Source: Octopus sinensis (lineage: Eukaryota). Taken from it: a DNA stretch of 64,000 nt. The stretch's first letter is position 1. Every line of letters starts with the position of its first letter. The stretch covers positions 105,028,001 to 105,092,000 of the forward strand of contig NC_043004.1 of assembly GCF_006345805.1 (NCBI RefSeq). Direction: 5' to 3'. Shown piece by piece: positions 13,050 through 25,520 of this stretch. The notes below the pieces were generated by a model that was given only the letters and a program-made list of their open reading frames with translations, had not been told where the DNA came from and made no database searches. A program made the position numbers and the translations under genes.

Positions 13050-13235
13050 TGAAGCAGGTTGCAACTTGTTAGGTATGAATCAAAGTTTAAAACAAAAATT
13101 TATATACAAGCTTGTGTTGAAACAAATTAACATAAAGTTTTGATGGAAGGTTTTAAATTAGTTCACATTTAAGTACAAAATGTCTATTGTAGGACGAGGA
13201 GCAGTTTCAGGCAGGTTGGTATCAAAGGGGTTAAA
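13050..13235 (+). repeat. Interspersed MITE-like repeat
   Basis: Reverse-complement homolog at 40925-41145 (gatggaaggtttt...ggttggtatcaaaggggtta). Confidence 0.5.
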
Positions 13236-13894
13236 ATGTTGACTTCTTTATAGAAGAGTGGTCTTTTTGATAATTTGATCAAAGTTATCAAATATGCTAA
13301 ATATTTATATAAAATATAAAGAATATTCATGCTGACATTAATTAAATAATTGGTCTCTTGTGTTATTTAATAATAAAGTTTCTTCAAATTGAAGTGCTAT
13401 AGACATGGCTGTGTTCAACTGAATGTTTTGCTCAGAATGTATATGAAAATATTAAACTGTTAACTGAAATAAAATGGTAATCCAATCCAGATTTTGTGTG
13501 ACTTATCATTACAAATCTATTTTTATCGAATTTATATTTGATTGAGCAGGGTGTTCTGTCTGACCTACAGGGTTTACATTTTCTTTCTCTGGTCTGTAAA
13601 CAGCATGATATAGGAGAGATTTGGCTGATGTCTAAGTGGACTGTTGAAGTCTATAAGTTTTCTTACAACATTGACCCCACTCCCCAGCCAAAATATTAAC
13701 ATGGCAAGCATTTGCAACAGATTTCTGGCTGGGAGGTACTTTCCTCTTTCCCACTCAGAAAGAGGAAAGAAAGACAATAAAGGTGTGTGGAAATTGCCCA
13801 GCTATACTGATTAAGATAAAACAATATCTATTTTGCACTCTGTTATAAATATATATTCGTGACAAAGGCAGGATTAATACCAAATATTTACCAA

Positions 13895-14136
13895 GAGGTA
13901 ATATTTATCCCCACTTAAACATGGGTGTTCTTTTAGAACAAGCTATACTGCAGTAGATACCTTGAGATAAACTCTCATATTGGCTTTTGGTGCAAAATGC
14001 ACTCTTGTTATGTCACTAGCAACATAACGAGTGCATTTTGCACAAAAAGTCTATGAGAGTTTCTCTCGTGGTGTCTAATGCAGTGTGGTTAGTCCTAACA
14101 AGATATTCACATTTAAGTGGGCATAAACATTACCTC
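13895..14136. repeat. Imperfect fold-back palindrome, about 115-bp arms
   Basis: gcaaaatgcactcttgttatgt / acataacgagtgcattttgc at the centre with an 8-nt loop; complementarity extends out to gaggtaat / attacctc. Confidence 0.8.
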
Positions 14137-14526
14137 TCTATTATAAATGTTAATGCTTTGCACTTGTTAGCTGTTGGGTTGTGTTACTAACTCCTACCAC
14201 TGCATGAGGTCTAAAAGTTAAGCCATTATCACTGGTGGTTGTACTTTACATGGTGTAGATTACAGCCTATGTATTAAGAGTGGGCATTCTTTTTCAAGAA
14301 GCAAGCTGCAGTAGTAAAATAAAATTGATGGTAATTTTTCATTAGGCTTGCCACGCTGTCCCACAAGCTACAATTATCCCATGACTGGCTTACAAGCATT
14401 ATGACAGCAAATTGGAACAGCTTATACAGTTAAAGAGGGTACCTCTATAGAAATGCAAAAACTCAAGAAATTCTGTCAGTGAATTCAAAATGATTTACTC
14501 CAGTCAGCTGGCTGTTATATCAGAAT

Positions 14527-14682
14527 AAAAGCAACATTGCAGATTCAATCTAAATGTCTTAGAGTGGCCAAATGTTGCCATTTCACAGCTTGATATCAAT
14601 AATGGTTATTCATATCAAGCTGTAAAATGACAGCATTTGGCTACTCTAAGACATTTTGATTGATGTCTGTTATGTTGCTTTT
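14527..14682. repeat. Imperfect fold-back palindrome, about 70-bp arms, 15-nt loop
   Basis: aaaagcaacatt...cagcttgatat / atatcaagctg...atgttgctttt. Confidence 0.8.
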
Positions 14683-15523
14683 TTTCTTTTTGTAAAGCTT
14701 TTAAATATTTTCTACAATAGACAGAACCTCTATGCATTTGTTAGCAACAGCAGCTAACTCTCCCTCAAACTATACTCTACTCTCATAAGTAAGGGAAGAA
14801 TACATTAGTCTATATCATCATAGATATACAATGTCTAAAGAAAAAACATGATGATCATGGCTGGATTGCTTGTTATAGATTTTCTTGGTCAAGGCTGATT
14901 CAGGATTAAACACCAATATTCTGGTGCCACAGAAAAAGCACCCAGTCCACTGTGTAAAGTGGTTGGTGTTAGGGAGGGCATCCAGCTGTAAAAGCCACAC
15001 CAAAGACGATGGGGCTTGGCAGTCCTTTAGTTTACCAAGTCATGTCAAAACATTCAACCCATGTCAGCATGGAAGATGGATGTTAAATTATAGTGGTGGT
15101 CATCTGAAAATGACAGCAAAGAGTTTTGCATTTGTTTAACACACTGCTTTATAACCTCCAGTAAATACTGAAGTTGTTAATGATCTTTGTCATCTTACAA
15201 AAGAGCCTGACTTACCAGTTTATATTTTAATTGTTCACAAATATATAGTTTCTCGTTTACATGCCATATACTCCACCTGTTGCTACTATTTGCATTGAAT
15301 TTATATTAACAATCTTTTTCATAATTTTTTTTTTAAAGTTTTATACCCAGTTAAGAAATTCTATTGTTTCTGTATCATAATGAGTGCATGAAGTAAGGTT
15401 TTATGCCTAGAAAAAGTAATACATTTTTTGTTGTGCCTAGGGAGAGTCATTATGCCAATATAATTAACACACACACTGGTTCAGTTCCACTCTTTTATTA
15501 TTGGTTAAAAACAAAACAATCAG

Positions 15524-15953
15524 ATCTATATTTAAGAGATGAGGAATTATGTTTATTATTTACATTATTTACATTTGCCGGATATTTGTCCCCATCTTGT
15601 TTGTTGTTAACATAACATTTCGGCTGATATACCCTCCAGCCTTCTTCGGGTTTCTGGGGAAATTTCAAACCTGGGTTCTCATTCTTAAGGTATTTTTCGA
15701 TGTTATTATATGCCCACGGGCATATGGCATAGTGGTTAATAGTGCGGTTACTAACCCCTAGATTCCAAGTTCGATTCCAAGCAGTGACCTGAACAATAAT
15801 AATAATAATAACATCGAAAAATACCTTAGGAATGAGAACCCAGGTTCGAAATTTCCCCAAGACACCTGAAGAAGGCTGGAGGGTATATCAGCCGAAACGT
15901 TGTGCTAACAACAAACAAGATGAGGACAAATATCTGTCAAATGTAAATAATAT
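15524..15953. mobile_element. Palindromic tRNA-SINE/hammerhead element, 11-bp TSD
   Basis: AAAACAATCAG at 15513-15523 and 15954-15964; same family as 8054-8545. Confidence 0.85.
15861..15905 (+). ncRNA. Minimal type I hammerhead ribozyme motif (Penelope-type)
   Basis: GACAC-CUGAAGA-A-GGCUG(loop)CAGCC-GAAA-CG-UU-GUG. It has the catalytic core boxes, a 5-bp stem II, a palindromic AACGUU stem III and CAC/GUG stem I. Confidence 0.65.
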
Positions 15954-16669
15954 AAAACAATCAGGTATTTAACTCGATGATTTGTTTACAGTGAAATGTT
16001 TGTGCTGTACCTGAGCTCATTCTCTCCATTGATTTAACAATGCCTGTGCATGGAGTGCTACATGTCAGATGTCAAAGTGATCAGAGAGCAACATGAAATT
16101 AAGTATTTTGCTCCAGAACACCATGTGCCTCCTTCTCCAGGAATCAAAACCATGATGTTGTGATCCTCATGAGTGCAACATCCTAACATCTAGGCCATGT
16201 GCCTCAATGAAATGTAGGTCTATGTTCAAGAAAGAATTGAGTAAAAGAAAGTAAAACAATATTGAAATAAAGAATACATTTTAACCCTCTTGGAACAGCC
16301 TGGCTGATTGATCAGCTCAAGTGATACAAGATGAAAGAACTCTGATGCCAATCCATCAACCCAATCAAACATGTTGTAAATGGTTGATTTTGAAGTGTAA
16401 TAGCCAATCAGAAATTGTCTCTCAGTACCTTTTTTTTTTGTTTTTATCACAGAAATATTTGTGCTTATTATTTTATTTATTTGACCCTGCCAGTGCTGGT
16501 GCCACTTAAAAAGCATCCAGTCCACACTGTGAAATGGTTGGCATTTGGAAGGGCATCCAGCTGTAAAAACCATGCCAAAACTGACCTCACCTGTGCTTGT
16601 GCCATGTAAAAAGCACTTGGTTCACTCAGCTGGGTGGTAAAAACCCCATTAGGGAGAGAGTCTGCTGAG

Positions 16670-18110
16670 TTGAGATGCAGTTTGATCTTGTGCCTGGTAG
16701 AAGCACTACTGATGCTATATTCCTGGTACGGCAACTTCAGGAGAAATACCTAGCCAAAGATAAACCACTATACTTGGCTTTTGTTGACTTGGAGAAAGCC
16801 TTTGACAGGTTCCCCTGATCCCTTATCTGGTGGATGATGCAGAAACTGGGGATTGACAAGTGGTTAATAAGAGCTGTACAGGGATACCATTAGTAAGGTA
16901 AGGGTCAGCAAGGAGTATAATGAAGAATTCTGGGTAGGATCAGCCCTCAGCCTCCTTTTATTCATCATAGTCCTCCAGGCAATAACAGAAGAATTCAAGA
17001 CAGGCTGTCCCTGGGAGCTCTTCCATGCTTGTGAACTTTCTCTCATAGTAGAATTACTACTAGAACTAGAAAAGAAATTTCAGGTGTGGAAGCAAGGTCT
17101 AGAATCGAAGGGCCTTAGAGTCAATGTTGCAAAAACTAAAGTCCTAGTAATAGAGGAAGGTGAATACATCACACACCCCTTCAGATAGATGGCCCTGCTC
17201 GATCTGTAGTAAAGGTGTAGGTAGAAACTCCATAAGATGTACCCAGTGTAAGCTATGGACACATAAGAGGTGCAGCAATATCAAGGGAAACTTAACCAAG
17301 AAGATAGCATTTGTGTGCCCTAGATGCACAGGGTCAATAAACACTGCAGATGCTCAGAAAACTGATTCCATCACATGCCAAGGGGAGAAACTAGAAGTAG
17401 CTGATAGCTTCCTCTACCTAGGTGACCAAGTCTTTAGTGGGGGTGGATGCTCAGAGAGTGATGTCACTAGAATAAGAATAGCTTGGGCAAAGTTCAGAAA
17501 GCTCCTACCTCTACTGGTGACAAAGGGCCTCTCGCTCAAAGTGAAAGGTATATTGTACGATGCATGTTTGTGAACTGCCATGCTACACAGCAGTGAAACA
17601 TGGACTGTGACTACTGAAGACATGCATAAGCTCAAAAGAAATGAAGCTAGCATGATCCGCTGGATGTGTAATGTCAGTGTGCATACACAACAGAGTGTAA
17701 GCACCCTGAGAGAAAAGTTGGGCATAAGAATCATCAGATGTGGTGTGCAAGAGAGACGACTGCACTGGTATGGTCATGTGTTATGTATGGATGAGGACAG
17801 CTGTGTAAAGTGTCACTCCCTAACAGTAGAAGGAACCCATGGAAGAGGAAGACCCAGAAAGACATGGGATAAGGTGGTGAAGCATGACCTTCGAACATTA
17901 GGCCTCACAGAGGCAATGATGAAAAACCGAGACTGTTGGAGATATGCTGTGATTGAAAAGACCCAGCAAGTAAAATGAGATCACAGCCATAGCCTACACC
18001 AGTGTCACATAACCAGCCCATTTAAAATGTACTATTGAATTGTTGGGCAGCATTCCATGCTTGAGGAGACCTATTGAGTCAAGTAAATCAAAATCAAAAT
18101 CAAATCGAAT
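16670..18110 (+). mobile_element. 5'-truncated, decayed RTE-clade LINE (RT C-half + 3' UTR)
   Basis: QF..PGRSTTDAIFLVRQLQEKYLAK..LAFVDLEKAFDR, a degraded YADD, FLYLGD, AWAKFRKLLPLL, WYGHV...RGRPRKTW; contains stops and frameshifts. Confidence 0.92.
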
Positions 18111-19819
18111 CACGTAAAAAGCACCCACTACACTCTCAGAGTGGTTGGTGTTAGGAAGCTGTATAAAGATGACAGAAGATAGTTAATTGTAGGCAAGGTT
18201 TCCAAAATCTAAAAGGTGTCAATAGATGTTAAAAGTGTTAGAAGTATTATTTTTTTGATAGCAAAATATGTGTTGCCAATGAAGTGTCAAATTTTCCTGA
18301 GTGTTTCTAAAAGTATAATTATATTTGTTGAATCTAAGTTTAAATGGGTTAGGAATTACAAAACTGCTATGCATTTGGTTCTGATAAGATAGTTATAACA
18401 GTTCAAAATATATGGGGTATTTTGTAAGGCAATTAATTGCACCAAACCAGACAATAATATAGAGAAAAAAAATTATATATTTGGTATAACTAAGGCTGGG
18501 TTGGAATAATTTATTTTAATTATGATTTTCTAATTATTAATTGAGGACACTATTTAAGATACTTTTTACCAACAAAGAAGCTAACATTGATGATATAAGA
18601 TGAATTATAGCACAATATATTTCCTTTGCAGTTGCATTTTTCTGTCTTGACCAGATTAAAATGCTTTTTCTTTGAAACTACTAAGTGCAAGTGTGTCATT
18701 ATACAGGTTTGCTAATCTATTAAGAGATGGTGTAAGTTCTTTTGCTTAAATTTTAAAAATTCTTTGGTATACATGGTATAATCATTCAGTCTATATATAA
18801 TAGAGAATTATTTGGCTTAAAGTGAAGTAGGTTAAAGATTACATAAAAAAATTGTTTTAAGATGGTAATTGTGGTAGCATTTTAGGTTTGGCTCATTAAG
18901 TAAAGTAATTAAGATATTTACTTAATTTGTCAGCCTGTTGCTTATTGAAGGTGTCTTTTTTTTTTTTTTGTTTTGATTGGTAAACTATTCCTCCCATTTT
19001 AGCCTTCAGATATAACATTAAATTTAGTATAAACAGGATGGGGTATATAGAAGCTGACTGAATGTATTCCTCTAGCAGAAAAAAAAAATCCACTTGCGTT
19101 AATGTAATAAGGTTCAGTGCCATACTTTTTTTTATTTAGATTTTATTACTGAAACATAGAAAATACTTTTTAGTGTGTGGTTAACAAATTCTAATGTTTT
19201 TATTATTTATAATTTGATTACAGATGGATAGTAATCAATAATATCAAATTGAATGGATTTATAGCTGAGTGTTTTGGATATTTTAAAACCAATTAATAAT
19301 CAAGGTCATTACTGATTATTGAAAATGCTAACCTTGAATTAATTTGGATTTTTGCATAAATTCTATCTTAAATTTGTGTGCTAATAATATATAGTTCAGT
19401 TTTAGGATTAAGTTTTAGATTAAGGATTTGGACTGAAAGGTTGCTTAAGAAGTTTGGTTTATGGCGTTTGAGAGTGGCTGATGTACTGTATTTTTAAAGC
19501 CAAAGTTTCTACTCTGTCTCTAATACTTAGAAGGGAGCTAATATTTTTGAGTGTGTACATGTTTGCTGGTAAATCTCTATTCTGCATGATAGTAAATTTG
19601 TTTTAGTTCTGTTACTACTAGAGAAAGACAGAATAAATGGAATGTAGATATATAGAAATGATAAGAAGTCTACCTGCATGCATAGAGAGAGAAAGATTGC
19701 TTCTCAGCCAGATGGCGTCCCTCCAAAAGAGATCAACTGGTATCTACTTGTCAATAATTCAATAATATTAATACACTAACTTTTTGTTTTTATATGTACC
19801 TGATGTGTGTGTCACACTT

Positions 19820-20170
19820 ACTTCAAAGAGTAGCAAAGCAAGAGAGAGAGTGAGAGAGAAGGTGAGAGATTGAGAGAGAAAGAGAGAGAGTGAAAGAGAC
19901 AGTGAGTGGTGTTGGCATTCGTTTTGTGTTTTTAAATGTTTTAGAGAGGAAGTAAAAGAGAAAGAAAGAGAGTAACAGAGAGAGAAAGAGAGAGTGAACG
20001 AGACAGTGAGTGGTGACAACGTTCATTTTGTGTTTTTAAATGTTTATCACATCGCAAGAGAAGTAGATACATAGATATATATACACGTTGTTAAATCAAC
20101 AGCAGGAGAGAAGAGGGACACAGAGGAAGTGAAAGAGAAAGAGAGAAAGTGAGAGAGACGGCAGATACAT
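19820..20170. repeat. (GA)-rich low-complexity tract with a roughly 110-bp imperfect tandem duplication
   Basis: gagacagtgagtggtg...ttttgtgtttttaaatgttt occurs twice (about 19895 and 20000). Confidence 0.6.
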
Positions 20171-20380
20171 CAATCCAAAGAAAAGTTCATACATAGATAA
20201 CATAAAAACAGCAAATATTGGATGTCAATTTCACTTTTCTATACCATACGAGGATAAAATTAACTCATAAATGGCTGAGTACTCCACAGACATGCATAAC
20301 ATTAATGTACTTCTCAGGGAGATTCAGCCTCACACAGAATATGACAAGGTTGGTCCCTTTGAATTACACCTACAACTCAA

Positions 20381-20426
<46 letters not shown>

Positions 20427-21341
20427 TGTATTTGTGTGTGTGTGTATAGTTTAGGTTAGTTAAAATATATTTGCAATAATGTGCCCCATGGTGGAAATAA
20501 AAGCAATTACCAAACTTCCATTCCTAAATCCATTTATTATTTCTTTCTCGATGTTAGTGCATTTGCATTCCTGTAATTTAGCTGTTCAGCAAAAGAGACT
20601 GACAGAATAAGCACCAGACTCACAGGGAATAAGACCAGGGGTCAATTTCTTTCACTGAAATAAGTAAAAGAATAAAGGAATACCGGAAAAATATTCCTTA
20701 CCACTAGACCAAGAAGATTCTTTGAATATGTACGATGTATTTTAAGATTAAATAGTAATTCCGTTTACGTTTGTGTTACTGAGATATTTTGGTTGGATTA
20801 TATAGTCATTGGTTTTACACTAATTTCTATATTCTGTAACTGTCACAGTATAATTTTCTAGGCCTGAAATTTTTGTGGGGAGGGGCCAGTTGATTAGATC
20901 GACCCCAGTACACAACTAGTACTTAATTTATCGACTCCGAAAGGACGAAAGGCAACGTCAACCTCGGCAGAATTTGAACCCAGAACGTAAAGACAGACGG
21001 TCATAACATACAAACATTTCTCATGGCACCAGTACATTGTTTACAGATGCTTGCACTTTTTATGTTTTCCGTGAATTTTTCACGGGTCCTGCTAGTGTAT
21101 CTATAATTTTACCAATTTAACTAAGTCAACTGAAAACAATAGGGTTCTTCGTTCTTCAAAATTGACCAAAGAATACCCTGAGAAAGATGAAATGGTCATC
21201 ACATTCACATCAATCTCTGAGTGCAAAAAAGCTAAAATAATGAGTTGAAGATTTCTTTGACAATGCGGAAATATGTGGATTCGATTTCGAATCTTAACTT
21301 AGTTATTCTGTAGCTATTCGCTGCATCCCTATATCTAATCA

Positions 21342-21726
21342 GTGGAGGCGCAATGGCCCAGTGGTTAGGGCAGCGGACCCGCGGTCATAGGATCGCGGTT
21401 TCGATTTCCAGACCGGGCGTTGTGAGTGTTTATTGAGCGAAAACACCTAAAAGCTCCACGAGGCTCCGGCAGGGGATGGTGGTGATCCCTGCTGTACTCT
21501 TTCACGACAACTTTCTCTCACTCTTACTTCCTGTTTCTGTTGTACCTGTATTTCAAGGGGCCGGCCTTGTCACTCTCTGTGTCACGCTGAATATCCCCGA
21601 GAACTACGTTAAGGGTGCACATGTCTGTGGAGTGCTCAGCCACTTACACGTTAATTTCACGAGCAAGCTGTTCCGTTGATTCGGATCAACCGGAACCCTC
21701 ATCGTCGTAACCGACGGAGTGCTTCC
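21342..21726 (+). mobile_element. Full-length tRNA-derived SINE (family C)
   Basis: A box tggcccagtgg and B-box-like ggtttcgatttcc. CpGs largely intact. 11-bp TSD atatctaatca / atatcgaatca (1 mismatch). Confidence 0.8.
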
Positions 21727-22079
21727 ATATCGAATCAATCCTCATGCTTCTAATATCAGTAACAGAAGACAGAAAAAAAAAATACAGTCAAAAACGAAAT
21801 TTGCTTTCGTAGGCCGAATAGACAGAAAACTTACTTAATCAGCTTATCTTTTCGGGCTCAAATAAAAATTTAAACAATCTTAATTTTATTAAATATGGAA
21901 AAAGAATTCCCCAATAAGAAATACAATAAAACAATGATTGGCCCGTGAGAAATATATAACCAACAATGTTATTGTTCACAAAAACCTGATAAAAGTGTTG
22001 AAAGAAAAAATAAGTGAGAAAATTAGGAGAAGAAAATGGGAATCGACATTCGATTTTGTCTCTTTACTGTTAAATAAAT

Positions 22080-22414
22080 GCGACGCGACTGAATAATACT
22101 TTGAATGAAAGCGTCGTCTAATCTGTTGTCACCTGACGTCACTTCCTTAACAACGAGAGCGAGCAGTCAATACAAAGGGGAAAAAATACGCTGCATGAAC
22201 TTTGACATGACATCCATAACAACGACCTTGGTACTTCCGTTACTAACAAGAAACTCCAACACAACACACTACTTGACCCCCGATCACAACAATATAGATT
22301 TCTTCACTAACTAAAGAAAACATCAGAAAAAAACAGAAACGTAGACAAAGCAGCGAAACGTGCATGCGCACATACATACATAAATATTAATATATATATA
22401 TATAAAATTCGAAA
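22080..22414 (+). promoter_or_regulatory. Putative CFAP53 promoter
   Basis: Local CpG enrichment in otherwise CpG-poor DNA directly upstream of the ATG. Contains the palindromic CRE TGACGTCA (22134-22141), ETS-like ACTTCCG (22233-22239) and an X-box-like half site CCATAACAAC. Confidence 0.5.
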
Positions 22415-22513
22415 ATGTTGGCGAGTACGATGAAAATGCTTGAACCTGTCCAACCGGTACGAAAGCCAAGGTGCAGGGTAGTTCGTGGAACCTACCCGAA
22501 TTCTTTCGGACAT
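22415..22513 (+). CDS. CFAP53: CFAP53/CCDC11-like exon 1
   Basis: ATG at 22415, 33 codons MLASTMKMLEPVQPVRKPRCRVVRGTYPNSFGH, then donor GTAAGT at 22514 (phase 0, matching exon 2). RCRVVRGTYP resembles the CFAP53 N-terminal REVKGPTP segment. Lies in a CpG-enriched region. Confidence 0.7.
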
Positions 22514-23171
22514 GTAAGTTACTGATCTCAAATGTTTATTTATAATGATATGTATGTGACGGTGATGAGAATCGGACAATATTATCAACTTCGGCGATCT
22601 TTCGTCTCTAGTAGACCTTTCCGTCGATTTCCGTAAAAATGTTTTTTTTTTTTACAGATGGGCTTGCGGGAACTTTTGAAGTAATATACGTACATATACA
22701 CATACACCGAGTAAAAAATTTCAGTTATCTCTTTCTTTCACACATTACTCTGTCTCTTCACACATACTAACAGAAGCACTTCACTTATACAACATACTGT
22801 CTGTCTCCCACACCCCATCAAACACACACACACACACACACATGTACATCAATGCTTCCCATGCACGGTAACTTCAAAAGAATTTCCCTCGTCATACAAT
22901 CGCTTTCTGCCTCAACTTCTATACGACCATCTCTGCAGAACTTTTTTTACATTGACGAAATCCGAAAATATTTTGTACAAATTTTCCTACAACATTATTT
23001 TTCTTCAGTTCCCTCACTTCTTCGCTCAGTGACGTGTGTGTGTTGCTTTTTCTTCTATGCTAAACACCATCGGTAGTGCGCTCGGTCAAAATACCTGGCC
23101 ATATGGAGTTACTGCACTGCCCTTTACGTTTCTGAGTTCAAATCCTTCGAGGTAAACACAGTTTGCTTTTA

Positions 23172-25520
23172 ATAATAATAAAATAATAATAATAATAATA
23201 ATTGTGTACAGTGCTCAGGTGCACTACAACTCATCTAAAGTGTATATATAATCAGGTGTAGTTTCGGCGGATTTCGGAAAGCATGAGGGCCTTAAAAGAT
23301 GCAGTGTCATGGCAGTCAACAACTGACGCAGGCAGTTTATTCCATGCTTCAGCAACTCTGAGCGTGAAAAAATGTTTCCGAAAGTCATGGGAGCTGTATT
23401 GTTTTCTGACTTTGTAGGCATGTCCACGTGTGTTAGACACAAACTGATGATGCGAATTCCAAGTGTGGTCGTACCATAGCTGTATACAGTTTTAAATAGA
23501 TGGCTGGAGAGCGGCTAACAAAAGACCTGCTGAGTGATGCCAAGACACCCTCGGCCTTCCTGACAATCTTAGAGATATGCTTTGACCAACGCAAATCACT
23601 GCTGACAGTGATGCCTAGGTCACGCTCGCAAGAGGATTTCTTGATATCAGTGTTGTGGAGGGAGTAAGTGAACGCAGGGTTTTTTCTCCCAAAATGCATG
23701 GTGGTACACTTGTCCACAGCCAGTTTCAGTTGCCAGTCTGTGATCCATTGCTGCATTGTGTCTAGGTCTGATTGCAGGAAAGAGTTGTAGACATCAGGAT
23801 CTGTCCTCTTGATTTCAAGGTACAGCTTGATGTCGTCTGCATATTTCAATACTGTGGCATTCTTTAAATTGGCATCTATGTCGTTAATGTATGCCACAAA
23901 CAAGAGGGGACCAAGGACAGATCCCTGTGGTACACCCGATGACATCTCATATGGTGTAGAGTGCTGTCCTAGAACTGTGACTACCTCCTTTCGGCTGAGG
24001 ATGAAGGATTTCAACCAGTTAAAAAGGTCATCCCCCACACCCATTGCAGAGAGTTTCACCATAAGCCTTTTGTGTGGCACAGAGTTGAAAGCCTTAGCAA
24101 AGTCAAGGTAGACAACATCCACCCATGAGCCACTGTCAGTAATCTGAGTAATGTCCTCAAGGAACTCGACAAGCTGGTCACTGCAGCTGGAGTTAGGGAC
24201 AAATCCATATTGTGAGGGTCGGATGAGACTGTGAGAGCTCCAGAAGTTCCAGAGTGTTTCTCTGACACACGATTCCATCAGTTTTGCAATACAGCTAGTG
24301 AGACTGACTGGGCGATAGTTGACAGGTGATGTGCGGTCGCCCTTTTTGAACAGAGGAATGACACTGGCAGTTTTCCACTGCTCCGGAGTAGCACCATTGT
24401 TGAGACAGTACTGGAAGAAAATAGAAAGCTGGTGTAAAAGGAAGTGCCTGCCACGTTTGAGAAGCAGGTATGTAACTCCATCGAGACCAGGGGAGGCATA
24501 GTTGCGCTTATTTTGAAGGTGACGTCGCAGCATTGCAGGTATAAATTCCATAGTTGTTATGGAGTTTGCTGTTAGTGATGGTGAAGATGGTACATTTTGA
24601 CTTTCAACAGTGAATATGTTTGCATAGTACTCGGCAATGAGTTCTGCGCATTCCTTGGGGTCGTCAGTGATCTGGTTTGTGTGAGGGTTGCGAAGAGGGC
24701 CCACTGGAGAGTGAGGTCTCTGCTTTGAGTGCACATATTTCCAGAAAACCTTGCTGTCAGGATTGGCTGCTATGCACTGTTCAAATTCAAGCACTGCTTT
24801 TTTTATCACTTGCTTGAGATGGTTGGAGGATTTATTCCGCTTCTTCCTGTTGGTGTCTGATTTATGCAACCTGTATTCCCGTTCAGCAGTCCGATGTTCC
24901 CTCCTGGCAAGTCGGACCGCTGAAGTTTCCCAAATTGCCCTTTTGGGGCGGTTCTTCTTTTTTTGTTTACGTGGCACAGATGTTGCACATGCTGCCCATA
25001 TTGAGTCCAGGATACTCTGGAGTATAGTATTCACATCTCCAGAGTTGTAGAATTCACGCCAGTTTGGGTGCTGTAGTTCAGTGTGGTACAGGTTCCAATC
25101 TGCTCTCTTCCAATCGAAGGAAGCAGATTGTAGATGGTTCAGGTTTTCGTTGCCCGCAAGAGCCAGATTGGCGATGATCATAGCATGATCAGAGTCACCT
25201 AGAAGTTCCTCCGTAGTGCAATTGATAACCGCTTCAGGAGTTGTGGTGAAGAGCAGGTCCAAGGTGTTGTCGCCTCTTGTTGGAGAGGTGACTACTTGTG
25301 ACCAGTTTGAGTCCAGCACAAGCTCAACAAAATCGTTTGCACTCTGTGGCCAATGGAAGATCTCAGGATGATTGAAATCGCCTGCAATAAACATAAGTGG
25401 CTGTTTTCCTGGCAGCAGCTCGGAGGACATTGCAAATAAGCATTCATGCTTATGGTGTCAGACATGGAGCCTTTGGGTTGGATCGGGCATCCAGCAATGT
25501 TCAGTCCGCTCCTTTTCTCG
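23172..25520 (-). mobile_element. CR1-type LINE, 5'-truncated, 665-aa ORF2 fragment (partial APE + RT) with internal deletion
   Basis: GDFNHP, PTRGDNTLDL, SPGLDG, NYRPVSLTS, YLDFAKAFNSV, GVPQGSVLGPLLF, YADD, ERDLGI; (ATT)n tail. Antisense within CFAP53 intron 1. Confidence 0.95.
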
